Notes: generated from the letters alone by a model not told the origin. A stretch of 64,000 nucleotides of DNA from an uncultured delta proteobacterium (GCA_963843145.1 CAWJJC010000020.1:96001-160000), one strand, 5' to 3'. Positions 51,987-61,803 are shown, numbered from the stretch's first letter. Numbers and translations are program-made.

Positions 51987-52036
51987 GAACCAAAAATGTT
52001 ATTATTTATTGAACAAGAATCAGCAGGGGGAAGATT

Positions 52037-52528
52037 ATGGAGGCGATTATTTTGCTGGGTCACGGCAGCCGGGTCCCGGACGCCGGCCAGGCCATGACCC
52101 GGGTGGCCAAACGTTTGAAAAAAAAATTCGGTTACCCGCAGGTGGAGGTTTGTTTTATGTCCCGCCTGGGGCCCCATTTCCCGGAAACTTTTGAGAAATG
52201 CGTGCGCCAGGGGGCCTCGCGAGTGGTAGTGATCCCCTACTTTCTGCACACCGGCTTGCATATCCTCCTGGACATTCCGGAAATGATGCAGGAAGAGGCT
52301 AAAAAACACCCGCAGGTGCAATTGATCTTCGGCCGAAGTCTAGGGTTCGACGAATCCCTGGTGGATCTGGTCAACCATTGCATCCAGGCCTCCGCGGATT
52401 GTACCGATGTGAGAGAGATCGTCCTCCCCCCCAAAGAGAAATTCCCCATCCCCCCGGGCCAGGCGGTATTCGTGCCCATGGATCCCGAGGAAGCGGCGGT
52501 TTATCGCAAAAACGGCAACGGCCTATGA
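52037..52528 (+). CDS. cbiX: Sirohydrochlorin cobaltochelatase, short CbiX
   Basis: LLGHGSR, IPYFLHTGLH..DIP. Confidence 0.88.
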   Translation: MEAIILLGHGSRVPDAGQAMTRVAKRLKKKFGYPQVEVCFMSRLGPHFPETFEKCVRQGASRVVVIPYFLHTGLHILLDIPEMMQEEAKKHPQVQLIFGRSLGFDESLVDLVNHCIQASADCTDVREIVLPPKEKFPIPPGQAVFVPMDPEEAAVYRKNGNGL

Positions 52529-53283
52529 AGAAACAAAAACTGTTCGGCGCCCTTTTGGGTGTGCTGCTCTTCGATTTAACGTTTCCTTTGGACAGCGCCC
52601 GGGCCATGCATATTTCCGAAGGAATTCTGCCCTTTTCCTGGGCCGTCTTCTGGTTTCTGGCCGCTATCCCCTTTGTCGGCTATGGCCTTTACCGACTGAA
52701 AAAAATTTCTCGGACAGACCTGTCTTTCAAACCCCTGGTAGGGCTTTTGGCCGCCTTTGTTTTTATCATTTCCTGTATGCCGGTGCCCGTACCCACGGCC
52801 GGAACCTGTTCCCATCCCTGTGGGACCGGGTTATCGGCGATTTTGGTGGGCCCCGGCATCAGTATCCTGATTGCCGCCGTGGCCCTCCTGATCCAGGCCC
52901 TGTTTTTGGCCCATGGCGGATTAAGCACGCTGGGAGCGAATATAATGGCGATGGGAGTGCTGGGGTCTCTGGTCGGCTTTTTTACTTTCCGCATCTTAAG
53001 AACGTTTAAGGCCAGCCTGGCGGTGGCCGGTTTCTTAGCCGGATTACTGGCCGATTGGGCCACCTACGCCACGACCTCTTTCATCCTGACCCTGGGGATT
53101 CGAGGAGATGCTTCTTTCTCCTCCATTTTCACTAAAATCCTGATCGCCTTTATTCCCACCCAGTTGCCCCTCGGTCTCCTGGAAGGGGCGATGACGGCCG
53201 GCATGGTTATCCTACTCTCCAAAAAACGCCCCGACCTGTTAATCAAAATGAGGGTCTTGAAATCATCGGAGGCGCTGGTATGA
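52525..53283 (+). CDS. cbiM: Cobalt ECF transporter substrate component
   Basis: Signal peptide, then MHISEG; CSHPCG; AHGGLSTLGAN. Confidence 0.92.
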   Translation: MKKQKLFGALLGVLLFDLTFPLDSARAMHISEGILPFSWAVFWFLAAIPFVGYGLYRLKKISRTDLSFKPLVGLLAAFVFIISCMPVPVPTAGTCSHPCGTGLSAILVGPGISILIAAVALLIQALFLAHGGLSTLGANIMAMGVLGSLVGFFTFRILRTFKASLAVAGFLAGLLADWATYATTSFILTLGIRGDASFSSIFTKILIAFIPTQLPLGLLEGAMTAGMVILLSKKRPDLLIKMRVLKSSEALV

Positions 53284-53609
53284 AAACTTCCGCCCGGAGA
53301 ACGATGGTCTGGCTGGTATTCTTTTTTCTTAGCCTCTACCCCTTCTATGCCTTGGCTGTGGAAAAAAACGGGAAATGGTCCGGCATCGATGAGTCGGTGG
53401 TTGAAAAAATTGCCAAGGAGCATGGGCGCGAGGCCCGGGAACCGATCATTAATACCGATCAAGGTGACCTGCTGCTGTTCGTCTTCCTTCTGGCCGGGGC
53501 CGTGGGCGGATTTGTGGCCGGCTATTACTGGAGAAGGCTGATCACTGAAAAAGCGCCTCTCACCAACCGGGCCGAGGGCCCTAAAGGATCCCGGGGGACA
53601 CTTCATTAA
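53280..53609 (+). CDS. Cobalt transporter accessory membrane protein (CbiN-like)
   Basis: WSGIDESVVEK..GDLLLFVFLLAGAVGGF; lies between cbiM and cbiQ. Confidence 0.75.
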   Translation: MKTSARRTMVWLVFFFLSLYPFYALAVEKNGKWSGIDESVVEKIAKEHGREAREPIINTDQGDLLLFVFLLAGAVGGFVAGYYWRRLITEKAPLTNRAEGPKGSRGTLH

Positions 53610-54368
53610 ATGGAACTCTTCCCCGAATCCTTTCATCCGGATCACTGGCTTTCAAAAATCGACGCCCGGGTTAAACTTCCGGCCGCGGTCCTGGTTTTGA
53701 TCATGATTTTGACCCAGCAGGGCTTTGCCTTCCCCTGGATAGTTACCGCCGCCGCCCTGCTCCTCCTGAACCGGATGAGGATACCCCTTAAGGTTTACCT
53801 GCTGAGAATCGGCGAGCCGCTGCTCATTATTCTCATGTTGATTTTTTTAAAAACCTTCTTCACCGGTCGGGAAGTCTTTTATTCCCTGGACCTCTGGGGC
53901 TGGACCTTGACGGCCCATCAGGACGGCCTGTTGGAAGGACTTCGGATCGGCAGCCGGATCATCGGAGCCGTTTCCCTGGTGGTCCTGCTCAGTTTTTGCA
54001 CTTCTTTCACCGATTTCATAGCCGGCCTCTCCTGGTTCAAGGTTCCCAAGGGCCTGATTGAGATTCTTCTCTTCGCCTACCGTTACATCTTCGTTCTTTT
54101 GGAAGAGGCCCAGGTGATCTACCTGGCCCAGAAAAACCGTTTCGGCTACTCCAGCCTGGCCCGGGGACTGAATTCTTTCGGGACCCTGACCGGCTCCCTG
54201 ATCCTCCGGGTCTTTGAGCACAGCCAGAATGTCTCGGTTTCCATGATCCAACGGGGTTATGACGGGCACCTGCCCTCGATGAAACATAAATCCTTCAAAA
54301 CGGCTGAAGTCCTTTGTTCCTGCCTGGTGCTGCTGGTCTTTGGAATCCTATGGCAGCTAACCCGATAA
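53610..54368 (+). CDS. cbiQ: Cobalt ECF transporter T component
   Basis: IDARVK, YRYIFVL, RGYDG. Confidence 0.9.
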   Translation: MELFPESFHPDHWLSKIDARVKLPAAVLVLIMILTQQGFAFPWIVTAAALLLLNRMRIPLKVYLLRIGEPLLIILMLIFLKTFFTGREVFYSLDLWGWTLTAHQDGLLEGLRIGSRIIGAVSLVVLLSFCTSFTDFIAGLSWFKVPKGLIEILLFAYRYIFVLLEEAQVIYLAQKNRFGYSSLARGLNSFGTLTGSLILRVFEHSQNVSVSMIQRGYDGHLPSMKHKSFKTAEVLCSCLVLLVFGILWQLTR

Positions 54369-55234
54369 GGCTCCAGGCCCGGGAGGTATTCTACCATTAC
54401 CCGGACGGCACGGCGGCCCTGGGTCAGATCAACCTCTCTATCCACGATGGGGAGTTTATCGGCCTGTTGGGGGCCAATGGGTCCGGGAAAACCACGCTGC
54501 TTAAAGTTCTGGACGGCCTGATCCGGGATTTCAAGGGGACCGTCACCCTGGACGGGTCGAATATCAAAGCACTGACGGCCAAAGAAATCTACGGCCGGAT
54601 GGGCATGGTCTTCCAAAACCCGGACGACCAGCTTTTCGCCTCCACGGTCTTTGAAGATGTGGCCTTCGGACCGATTAACATGGGCTTTCCGGAGCGGGAG
54701 GTGCGGACGCGGGTCGCCCGGGCCATGGCCGACGTGGAAATGGAAGGGTTCGCCAAAAAATCGATCCACCATCTCAGCTTTGGTCAAAAGAAAAGGATCT
54801 GCATCGCCGGCCTGCTGGCCATGGGACATCAGATTCTGCTGCTAGATGAACCGACCGCCGGCCTGGACCCTATGGGCGAATATAAGATGATGAACCTGCT
54901 GACCAAGCTGAACCAGGAATCTCGGGTCACTATCGTCATGGCCACCCACAGCGTGGATCTGGTACCTATTTTCTTGGACCGGCTGTATATCCTGGTGCAG
55001 GGCCGGATTGTCCGTAGCGGTACTCCGGAAGAAGTCCTTACGGCGCCGGAAGAGATGACCCAGGTGAAACTCCGACTGCCTCAAATCGCGGAATTGATTT
55101 ATCGTCTGAAACACGAAGATCATCTGCCCTTTAAAAAAATCCCCTTGACCATCGGCGAGGCCCGCCGGGAGCTGCTGAGGCTGTTGGAAGACAAGGAGAA
55201 AGACCTAACCAAAAATTCAAATATTTTTGGTTAA
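54350..55234 (+). CDS. cbiO: Cobalt ECF transporter ATPase
   Basis: GANGSGKT, FQNPDDQ, LSFGQKKR, LLDEPTAGLDP. Confidence 0.92.
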   Translation: MAANPIRLQAREVFYHYPDGTAALGQINLSIHDGEFIGLLGANGSGKTTLLKVLDGLIRDFKGTVTLDGSNIKALTAKEIYGRMGMVFQNPDDQLFASTVFEDVAFGPINMGFPEREVRTRVARAMADVEMEGFAKKSIHHLSFGQKKRICIAGLLAMGHQILLLDEPTAGLDPMGEYKMMNLLTKLNQESRVTIVMATHSVDLVPIFLDRLYILVQGRIVRSGTPEEVLTAPEEMTQVKLRLPQIAELIYRLKHEDHLPFKKIPLTIGEARRELLRLLEDKEKDLTKNSNIFG

Positions 55235-55393
55235 AATTCGAAACTCGAAATCCGAAATCCGAAACAAATTCAAATGATCAAATTTCAAAATCGAAAAGTT
55301 TTTGTTTTGAACATTTGAATTTTGGACCTTCGTGCTTGTTTCGGCCTGCGACGAGCTCAGCCGAGTCGATTTCGTGCTTCGGATTTCGAATTT
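55234..55393. repeat. Heptamer-arm palindrome (inverse orientation of 51850-51986) with a 24-nt nested insert
   Basis: Contains ttttggaccttcgtgcttgtttcgg, the reverse complement of the 51.87 kb copy, interrupted by cctgcgacgagctcagccgagtcg. Confidence 0.85.
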
Positions 55394-55461
55394 ATAGGTC
55401 CTCTTGTTCAAATGTTGGTGATGAATTCTCAGATTGAAACCTAAACGGATCTAACCAAAGG

Positions 55462-56541
55462 ATGAGCACTCTTCGTTCAGGCTTTACCACCGGAACCTGC
55501 GCGGCCGCGGCCGCCAAGGCGGCGACGCTTCTTCTTCTGGGGGAAGTCTCGGTCACCAACGTAGAAATCGGTCTTCCCGACGGGGAACGGATTCGATTCC
55601 CCGTGGTCTGGAGCCGGACGGATCAGGACTATGCCCAAGCCGCCGTGCGCAAAGACGCCGGAGACGACCCGGACATTACCCATCAGGCGGTGATCAAAGC
55701 CCGGGTGGATTGGAAGGAGGGAGCGGAAATTGAATTTCAGGCCGGGGAAGGGGTCGGGATTGTTACCAAGCCGGGATTAGCCATTCCCCCCGGGGAGGCG
55801 GCCATCAATCCGGTTCCCCGGCGGATGATCCGGGATGCGGTTCGCGAAGTCACCGACCGAGCCGTCCGCGTCACCGTATCCATCCCCGACGGGAAAGCCC
55901 TGGCCGCCAAAACCTTTAACCCCAAATTGGGGGTGCAGGGCGGTTTATCCATCCTGGGGACGACCGGGAGGGTCAGGCCGTTCAGTTGTCCGGCCCTGCA
56001 GGAATCGCTGCGCTGCGCCCTGCAGGTGGCCCTGGCCCTGGGCCTGAAAGACCTGGTCTTTGTGCCCGGCCATATCGGGGAAAAGGCGGCCCACAGGCAT
56101 TTTGCCCTCCGCCCGGAGCAGGTCATCGAGGTTAGCAACGAGTGGGGCTACATGCTGGGGCAGGCCATTCGTGAAAAGGTCCCCCGGCTGCTGGTGCTGG
56201 GGCATCCCGGGAAACTGGTTAAGCTGGCCGAAGGGATGTGGGACACCCATTCGGGCCGATCCGGAAGCGCCCTGCCTCTGGTGGAAAAAATCGCCGCCGA
56301 TCATTTTTCCAGACCCCTTCCGGAAGCCAACACAGTGGAGGGCTTTCTGGCCGCCTGGCCGGAGGGGACCCGAGGGGAACTGGCGGAAAGGTTGGCCCGG
56401 CGGGTGCATCGGGCGGTAGAAAAATTTACCGGGCAACAAATCCATGTCGCCGTGGTCCTAGTCAACCTCAAAGGAGACCGTCTGGGCAGCGCGGGAGATT
56501 TAACCCCATGGGCCATGAACCTTACCCCATCGTCATCGTAG
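55462..56541 (+). CDS. cbiD: Cobalt-precorrin-5B C1-methyltransferase
   Basis: LRSGFTTGTCAAAA, KDAGDDPDITH, GGLSILGTTG. Confidence 0.95.
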   Translation: MSTLRSGFTTGTCAAAAAKAATLLLLGEVSVTNVEIGLPDGERIRFPVVWSRTDQDYAQAAVRKDAGDDPDITHQAVIKARVDWKEGAEIEFQAGEGVGIVTKPGLAIPPGEAAINPVPRRMIRDAVREVTDRAVRVTVSIPDGKALAAKTFNPKLGVQGGLSILGTTGRVRPFSCPALQESLRCALQVALALGLKDLVFVPGHIGEKAAHRHFALRPEQVIEVSNEWGYMLGQAIREKVPRLLVLGHPGKLVKLAEGMWDTHSGRSGSALPLVEKIAADHFSRPLPEANTVEGFLAAWPEGTRGELAERLARRVHRAVEKFTGQQIHVAVVLVNLKGDRLGSAGDLTPWAMNLTPSSS

Positions 56542-57137
56542 GCTGCGGCCCGGGTTCTCCGAAATACCTGACGGCGGCGGCCATCCGGGCCGTTCAGGAG
56601 GCGGAAGTGCTGGTGGGTGCCCGGCGATTGCTGGATCTTTTTCCCGAACACCCGGGTGAACGAATTCTGATGGAAGCTCACACCGAAAAAGTGTTGGTCG
56701 CCATCGGTCAGCAACCGGGGAAAAAAATCGCCGTGCTGGTTACCGGAGACCCCGGGTTGGCCAGCCTGGCCCAACCGATCCTGAAACGCTTCGGCCGGAG
56801 CCGTTGCCGGGTGATCCCCGGGGTCAGTTCCCTTCAGGCGGCCTTTGCTCGTTTGGGACTGGATTGGCTGGGGGTCCGGATCATTGATGCCCATGGGAAA
56901 GACCCTTCGGTTCACCTGAAAACGTTGGAGGGTATAAACAAAATCGCTGTTTTGGGAGGTCGACAGGACTCCCTCGCCTGGATTCTTCAGGAGATCTCGG
57001 CTCTGGGTGATGATTTTAGGCTCTGGGCCTGCGAGGACTTGACCCTCGAGACCGAACGGATCCGGGAACTGGACCCGCGGACCTCTGCCGGGTTGGCGTT
57101 ATCCTCGCGAACGATTTTTATCTTGGTGCGGAAATAA
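56508..57137 (+). CDS. cbiE: Precorrin-6Y C5-methyltransferase
   Basis: IVGCGPG, LVTGDPG, IPGVSSLQAA. Confidence 0.88.
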   Translation: MGHEPYPIVIVGCGPGSPKYLTAAAIRAVQEAEVLVGARRLLDLFPEHPGERILMEAHTEKVLVAIGQQPGKKIAVLVTGDPGLASLAQPILKRFGRSRCRVIPGVSSLQAAFARLGLDWLGVRIIDAHGKDPSVHLKTLEGINKIAVLGGRQDSLAWILQEISALGDDFRLWACEDLTLETERIRELDPRTSAGLALSSRTIFILVRK

Positions 57138-57156
57138 AAAAACTAGGACCGGTACT

Positions 57157-57972
57157 ATGAAATTAGGAACCATTTACGGGATCGGTGTAGGACCCGGCGA
57201 CCCCGAACTGATTACTTTGAAAGGGGCCAACGTACTGAAGAAGTGCCGACAGGTCTTTGTCCCCAAGGCCCGTGGGGAGGGGGACAGCGCGGCCCTGTCC
57301 ATTGCCGGGGCCTATCTGCGGGACGACGCTGAAATCCATGAGCTGGTTTTTCCCATGATCACGGATCCGGTGGAGCTGGCCCGCCGCTGGGAAGAATCAG
57401 CCGGGCAGGTGGCCGCCGCGCTTCAAGTCGGGGAAGACGCCTGCTTCCTAACCCTGGGGGACCCGCTGCTCTATTCCACGTATATTTATCTTCTCCGGGC
57501 CCTGCGGAAGCTCCTGCCCGAGACGCAGGCGGTGACTGTTCCGGGGATTACGGCCTTCAGCGCCGCCGCGGCCCTGACCGATTTTCCCATCGGCGAAGCC
57601 AAGGAACCGGTTACCATCGTCCCTACGGCGGACGACCTGCAGGCCCTGGAAGAAGCCCTGGACCGGGGCGGCACGGTGGTCTTGATGAAGATCGGCAAAC
57701 GGCTGGTCAAGATCCTGGACCTGCTGGAGAATAAAAAGCTGCTGGGCCAAGCCGTATTTGTGTCCCGGGCCGGACAGCCCGACCAGCGCTTGGAAACGGA
57801 CCTGCGCAAACTGCGGGCCGAAGGACCGGAAGCCGGTTACCTGTCCATTATTTTGGTTCATGCCGGAAAAGGCAAATTCGAAACTCGAAATCGAAATCCG
57901 AAACAAATTCAAATGACCAAAACTCGAAATTCAAAACCCTTGGTTCATAAACCTCAGCGACCCACCAGTTGA
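57157..57972 (+). CDS. cbiL: Precorrin-2 C20-methyltransferase; C-terminus extended by a repeat arm
   Basis: GVGPGDPELIT, LGDPLLYST, VLMK; the tail KFETRNRNPKQIQMTK comes from the repeat. Confidence 0.9.
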   Translation: MKLGTIYGIGVGPGDPELITLKGANVLKKCRQVFVPKARGEGDSAALSIAGAYLRDDAEIHELVFPMITDPVELARRWEESAGQVAAALQVGEDACFLTLGDPLLYSTYIYLLRALRKLLPETQAVTVPGITAFSAAAALTDFPIGEAKEPVTIVPTADDLQALEEALDRGGTVVLMKIGKRLVKILDLLENKKLLGQAVFVSRAGQPDQRLETDLRKLRAEGPEAGYLSIILVHAGKGKFETRNRNPKQIQMTKTRNSKPLVHKPQRPTS

Positions 57973-58079
57973 GGCATACCATTCTTTCTATTTCTGTTCC
58001 GGAAGGGGAAGTCGTTTCGGACATTTGAATTTTGAACATTGTTATTTGTTTCGGATTTCGTGCTTCGAATTTCGAATTT
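57874..58079. repeat. Heptamer-arm palindrome (CGAAAT family) overlapping the cbiL 3' end
   Basis: aaattcgaaactcgaaatcgaaatccgaaacaaattc...atttgtttcggatttcgtgcttcgaatttcgaattt. Confidence 0.85.
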
Positions 58080-58103
58080 AAACTCAACATAGGCTGTAAA
58101 ATT

Positions 58104-58862
58104 ATGAAGGTTTACTTTGTCGGCGCCGGGCCCGGAGACCCGGAATTATTGACCCTCAAAGCGGACCGGATACTCCGGGGCTGCCGCTGTTGCATCTATG
58201 CCGGTTCCCTCATCAACCCGGAGATACTGAAACGCTTGCCGGAAGAGGCCGAACGCTATGATTCAGCCAAAATGGACCTTCCGGAAATCATTAAAATCAT
58301 CGAACAGGCCCGGACCCGGGGAAACGATGTGGTCCGGCTTCATTCCGGCGATCCCTCGATCTATGGCGCCATCCGGGAGCAGATGAACGAACTGGACTTT
58401 CGAGGTATTCCTTACGAAGTGGTCCCCGGGGTCAGCTCCTTTCAGGCGGCGGCCGCGGCCCTGCCCGCCGAACTGACTGCTCCGGAGGTCTCCCAGACCA
58501 TCATCCTGACCCGCACTTCCGGCCGCACCCCGGTTCCCGAAAAACAGCAACTCCAGGAATTGGCCCGTTCCCAGGCGACCCTCTGCATCTTTCTGTCGGT
58601 AGATCGTTTAGCCGAGATCACCGCCGAGCTGATCCCCCATTATGGCGCTGATGGCCCGGCGGCTGTGGTCTACCGGGCCTCCTGGCCGGACCAAAAAGTG
58701 ATCCGGGGGACTTTGGCCGATATCGCCGGTCAGGTCGAAAAGGCCGGCATTAAAAAGACCGCCTTGATTATCGTGGGTCAAGCCCTTTCCCGCCGTATCC
58801 CGGCCTCCAAGTTGTATGACCAGGCCTTTTCCCACGGCTATCGAAAGGCCCGGCCGGAATGA
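58104..58862 (+). CDS. cbiF: Precorrin-4 C11-methyltransferase
   Basis: VGAGPGDPELLT, RLHSGDPSIYGA, ASWPDQ, SKLYD..F.HG. Confidence 0.93.
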   Translation: MKVYFVGAGPGDPELLTLKADRILRGCRCCIYAGSLINPEILKRLPEEAERYDSAKMDLPEIIKIIEQARTRGNDVVRLHSGDPSIYGAIREQMNELDFRGIPYEVVPGVSSFQAAAAALPAELTAPEVSQTIILTRTSGRTPVPEKQQLQELARSQATLCIFLSVDRLAEITAELIPHYGADGPAAVVYRASWPDQKVIRGTLADIAGQVEKAGIKKTALIIVGQALSRRIPASKLYDQAFSHGYRKARPE

Positions 58863-59632
58863 GGCTGGCCCTGATCAGCCTTTCCAACGAAGGGGCGCTG
58901 CTCCTTACCCGGCTGGCCCGTCATTTTCCCGAGTCCCGCATTTTTCTTCATGACAAATGCCGCTCCGACCATTCCGGAGAACGGTTCGGACAGATCACCG
59001 AATTGACCCGAAAAATATTCTGGGAGTATCCGGGACTGGTTTTTGCCGTCCCCACGGGGGTGGCGGTCCGGGCCATCGCCCCTTGGATCAAACATAAGAA
59101 AAAAGATCCGGCCGTAGTGGTCCTGGATGCGGTCGGGCGGTTCGCCATCAGCCTGCTCTCCGGGCACGAAGGCGGAGCCAATGCGTTAGCCCTGACCGTG
59201 GGGAACATTCTCGGCGCCGAGCCGGTCATCACCACTACCACCGAGGCCCTCAAGACGGTGATCGTCGGCGTGGGCTGCCGCCGGGGCGCCCCGGCCAAAA
59301 CAATCCTGGAGGCGGTCGAGGCGGCCCTTCAGGAAGCCGGAATCGACAAGGAAGAGGTACGCTGGCTGGCTTCGGCGGATATCAAGGCCGAAGAGGCCGG
59401 GCTCATTCAGGCGGCTGGGACCCTGGGGATTCCCTACCGGCTGGTCGACTCGGAGGAAATCCGCTTGTCCATTCGACCTTTCCGGCATTCCGAATTTGTG
59501 CGCCAAAAAGTAAACTTGCCCGCCGTGGCCGAGGCCTCGGCCCTGCTGGCAGGAAGGAGGACCCGATTAATACTGCCCAAGAAGATATTCAACGGGGTAA
59601 CCGTGGCCCTGGCCCGGGAAAACTTTTTGTAG
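58859..59632 (+). CDS. cbiG: Cobalt-precorrin-5A hydrolase
   Basis: DPAVVV..SLLSGHEGGAN, VGVGCRRG, VAEASAL. Confidence 0.92.
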   Translation: MRLALISLSNEGALLLTRLARHFPESRIFLHDKCRSDHSGERFGQITELTRKIFWEYPGLVFAVPTGVAVRAIAPWIKHKKKDPAVVVLDAVGRFAISLLSGHEGGANALALTVGNILGAEPVITTTTEALKTVIVGVGCRRGAPAKTILEAVEAALQEAGIDKEEVRWLASADIKAEEAGLIQAAGTLGIPYRLVDSEEIRLSIRPFRHSEFVRQKVNLPAVAEASALLAGRRTRLILPKKIFNGVTVALARENFL

Positions 59633-60345
59633 TCGGTATCGGCCCCGGGGGACCGTTGGATCGAACTCGGAGGGCCGAACGGGCCATCGAGGAAAGTCAG
59701 GTAATCGCCGGCTATTCCCGCTATCTGGAACTGATTGCCGATCTGACGAAAGGGAAAAAATTAGTATCTTCCGGAATGCGTCAGGAGACCGAACGCTGCC
59801 GGAAGGCCCTGGAATTAGCACGATCCGGCGAAACCGTAGCCCTGGTTTCCTCCGGGGACCCGGGAATTTACGGCATGGCCGGACTGGCCCTGGAGCTGGC
59901 CGCCGCCGAGGGAAGCTCCGTCTCCATCGAGGTAATTCCTGGGATCACGGCCTCCAGCGCGGCCGCCGCCCGTCTGGGAGCGCCGCTCATGTTGGATTAC
60001 GCCGTCATCAGCTTGAGCGATCTGCTGGTGCCCTGGGAGACCATCCGGATGCGCCTGGAAGCCGTGGCGGCTGCCGACCTGGTCACGGTCCTCTATAATC
60101 CCAGGAGCAAGAAACGGGTGAAGCAATTGGAAGAGGCCGTGGCCATCTTCGCCCGTCACCGGCCGGGAACCACCCCGGTGGGCATCGGCACCGCGGTGGG
60201 CACGGAAGAGGAACAGATCGTCCTGACCGATCTGGCTCAAGTCCTGGAAAAGGAAATCGGCATGCGCAGCCTGGTCATCATCGGCAACCGATCCTCCAGG
60301 AAAGTCTTGGACTGGTTCATCACCCCGAGGGGATATAAAGTCTAA
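59617..60345 (+). CDS. cbiH: Precorrin-3B C17-methyltransferase (start uncertain)
   Basis: GKLFVVGIGPG lies upstream of the track start; SSGDPGIYGMAG, ISLSDLL.PW, YNPRS, TPRGY. Confidence 0.9.
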   Translation, partial: GKLFVVGIGPGGPLDRTRRAERAIEESQVIAGYSRYLELIADLTKGKKLVSSGMRQETERCRKALELARSGETVALVSSGDPGIYGMAGLALELAAAEGSSVSIEVIPGITASSAAAARLGAPLMLDYAVISLSDLLVPWETIRMRLEAVAAADLVTVLYNPRSKKRVKQLEEAVAIFARHRPGTTPVGIGTAVGTEEEQIVLTDLAQVLEKEIGMRSLVIIGNRSSRKVLDWFITPRGYKV

Positions 60346-60430
60346 AACCGTTTATTTCGTTGATTTGGTTGATTTCGTTTCTTTCGTTTCAACCAGACAA
60401 CCCAATCAACCCAAAAAACCAAACCAACGG
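60346..60430. repeat. Inverted 9-mer tandem-repeat element between cbiH and cbiJ
   Basis: tttcgttga tttggttga tttcgtttc tttcgtttc followed by aaccagac aacccaatc aacccaaaa aaccaaacc aac. Confidence 0.7.
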
Positions 60431-60432
60431 GT

Positions 60433-61194
60433 ATGATCTTATTATTAGGCGGTACCAGTGAAACCGCATCCCTGGCCGAGGCCCTGGCCGAACAGGGCTT
60501 CTTGGTGCTGGTCTCCACCGCCACGGATATCCCCTTGGATATCGGGAACCATCCCGCCATTCGGAGAAGGACCGGCCTGCTCGATGAATCCCAACTCCTT
60601 CGACTCCTTCTTGATAAAAAAATTCGCGGGGTGGTGGACGCCACTCACCCCTATGCCGAGGCCATCGGTCCGCTGACCCGCAAGGTCGCCGGCCAATTAC
60701 AACTCCCTTATTTTCGCTGGCTTCGGCCGCCGGCCCTTTCCGGATCAAGCGAAATCCTGACTGCCGCCGACCATGGGGAAGCGGCCGCCCTGGCCTTTTC
60801 CTTCGGCGCTCCCGTCCTGCTGACCATCGGCTCCAAGAACCTGGAGCCTTATCTCCGGGAAAGTCGGAGGACCGGCCTCCCGGTCATCGCCCGCGTCTTG
60901 GACCATCCCGATTCCCGGTCCGCCTGCCAAAAACTCGGCCTTCCCCCGGAAGCGACTATCACGGGCAAGGGGCCTTTTTCGGCAGACGAAAATCGGTCAA
61001 CTATCCGGGATTTTCGAATTGGGGTCCTGGTGACCAAGGACAGCGGAAGGGCGGGAGGAGTGACAGAAAAGCTGGAAGCGGCCCGGATGGAAGGATGCCG
61101 GGTCATAGTAGTTCGCCGGCCGGAACCGCCGGGGGAATACTTTGATCAAATAGAAACCCTCATAAAAGTTCTGTTGGAGGCCTTAACGCCCTAA
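60433..61194 (+). CDS. cbiJ: Precorrin-6A reductase
   Basis: ILLLGGTSE, VDATHPYA, GKGPFS, VTKDSG..GG..EKL. Confidence 0.92.
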   Translation: MILLLGGTSETASLAEALAEQGFLVLVSTATDIPLDIGNHPAIRRRTGLLDESQLLRLLLDKKIRGVVDATHPYAEAIGPLTRKVAGQLQLPYFRWLRPPALSGSSEILTAADHGEAAALAFSFGAPVLLTIGSKNLEPYLRESRRTGLPVIARVLDHPDSRSACQKLGLPPEATITGKGPFSADENRSTIRDFRIGVLVTKDSGRAGGVTEKLEAARMEGCRVIVVRRPEPPGEYFDQIETLIKVLLEALTP

Positions 61195-61803
61195 CCCAAT
61201 ATTAACGCTCCTTTCTTAATAAATCCATATAGGACTACTTCTTGTAATGGTGTTTTTGAATTTTGGCCATCCCGGCATGAGAGATAGGAACCAGACATAG
61301 GTGGTGGAAAGATGGTGCATCGCTTAAGCCGAGGGAACCGGCTCGACGAAAACAGGGACGAGGGCAATAGACGCTCCGCAGGCCGTATAGGACGAAAACA
61401 GCTATGCAATAAAGGGGACAAATTCAAAATAGGGAACCTGGGTATCGTATCCAGGTCCTAGCTTTTTGCAGCCGGAACAAATAGGCTGACTGTACTGACG
61501 AGGATGAATTCAACCTCCAGTATAATTTGAGATCGATTTTTCATTAATCAGTTGGGTAAAAATGAATTCGAAATTTTCGAATGGAAATCGCTAAATCAAG
61601 CACATGACAAAGGAAAACATTTGTAGGTGTACATTGGTAATCGATGGATTCAGGGATACTTTAGAGAATTTCTTTTTTAACCTTCGCAATTCCTTCTTAG
61701 AATATCCCCTGAATGCCCGGTAAATTTATGGATTTCCGCTGCCGGAGCAGCAGATCCTAAAAACATATTGACAACTCTCCAAATGAGTTGTACAATATAA
61801 AGT

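Noticed and set aside
48982-58079. Heptamer repeats as a CRISPR or other guide-RNA array
   Set aside because: They are dispersed palindromes of degenerate 7-mers with no constant repeat-spacer periodicity, and no cas-like gene is present.
61340-61510. Hammerhead-like ribozyme (CTGACGA and GAAA words, repeated gacgaaaacag)
   Set aside because: I could not form stems II and III around the core motifs.
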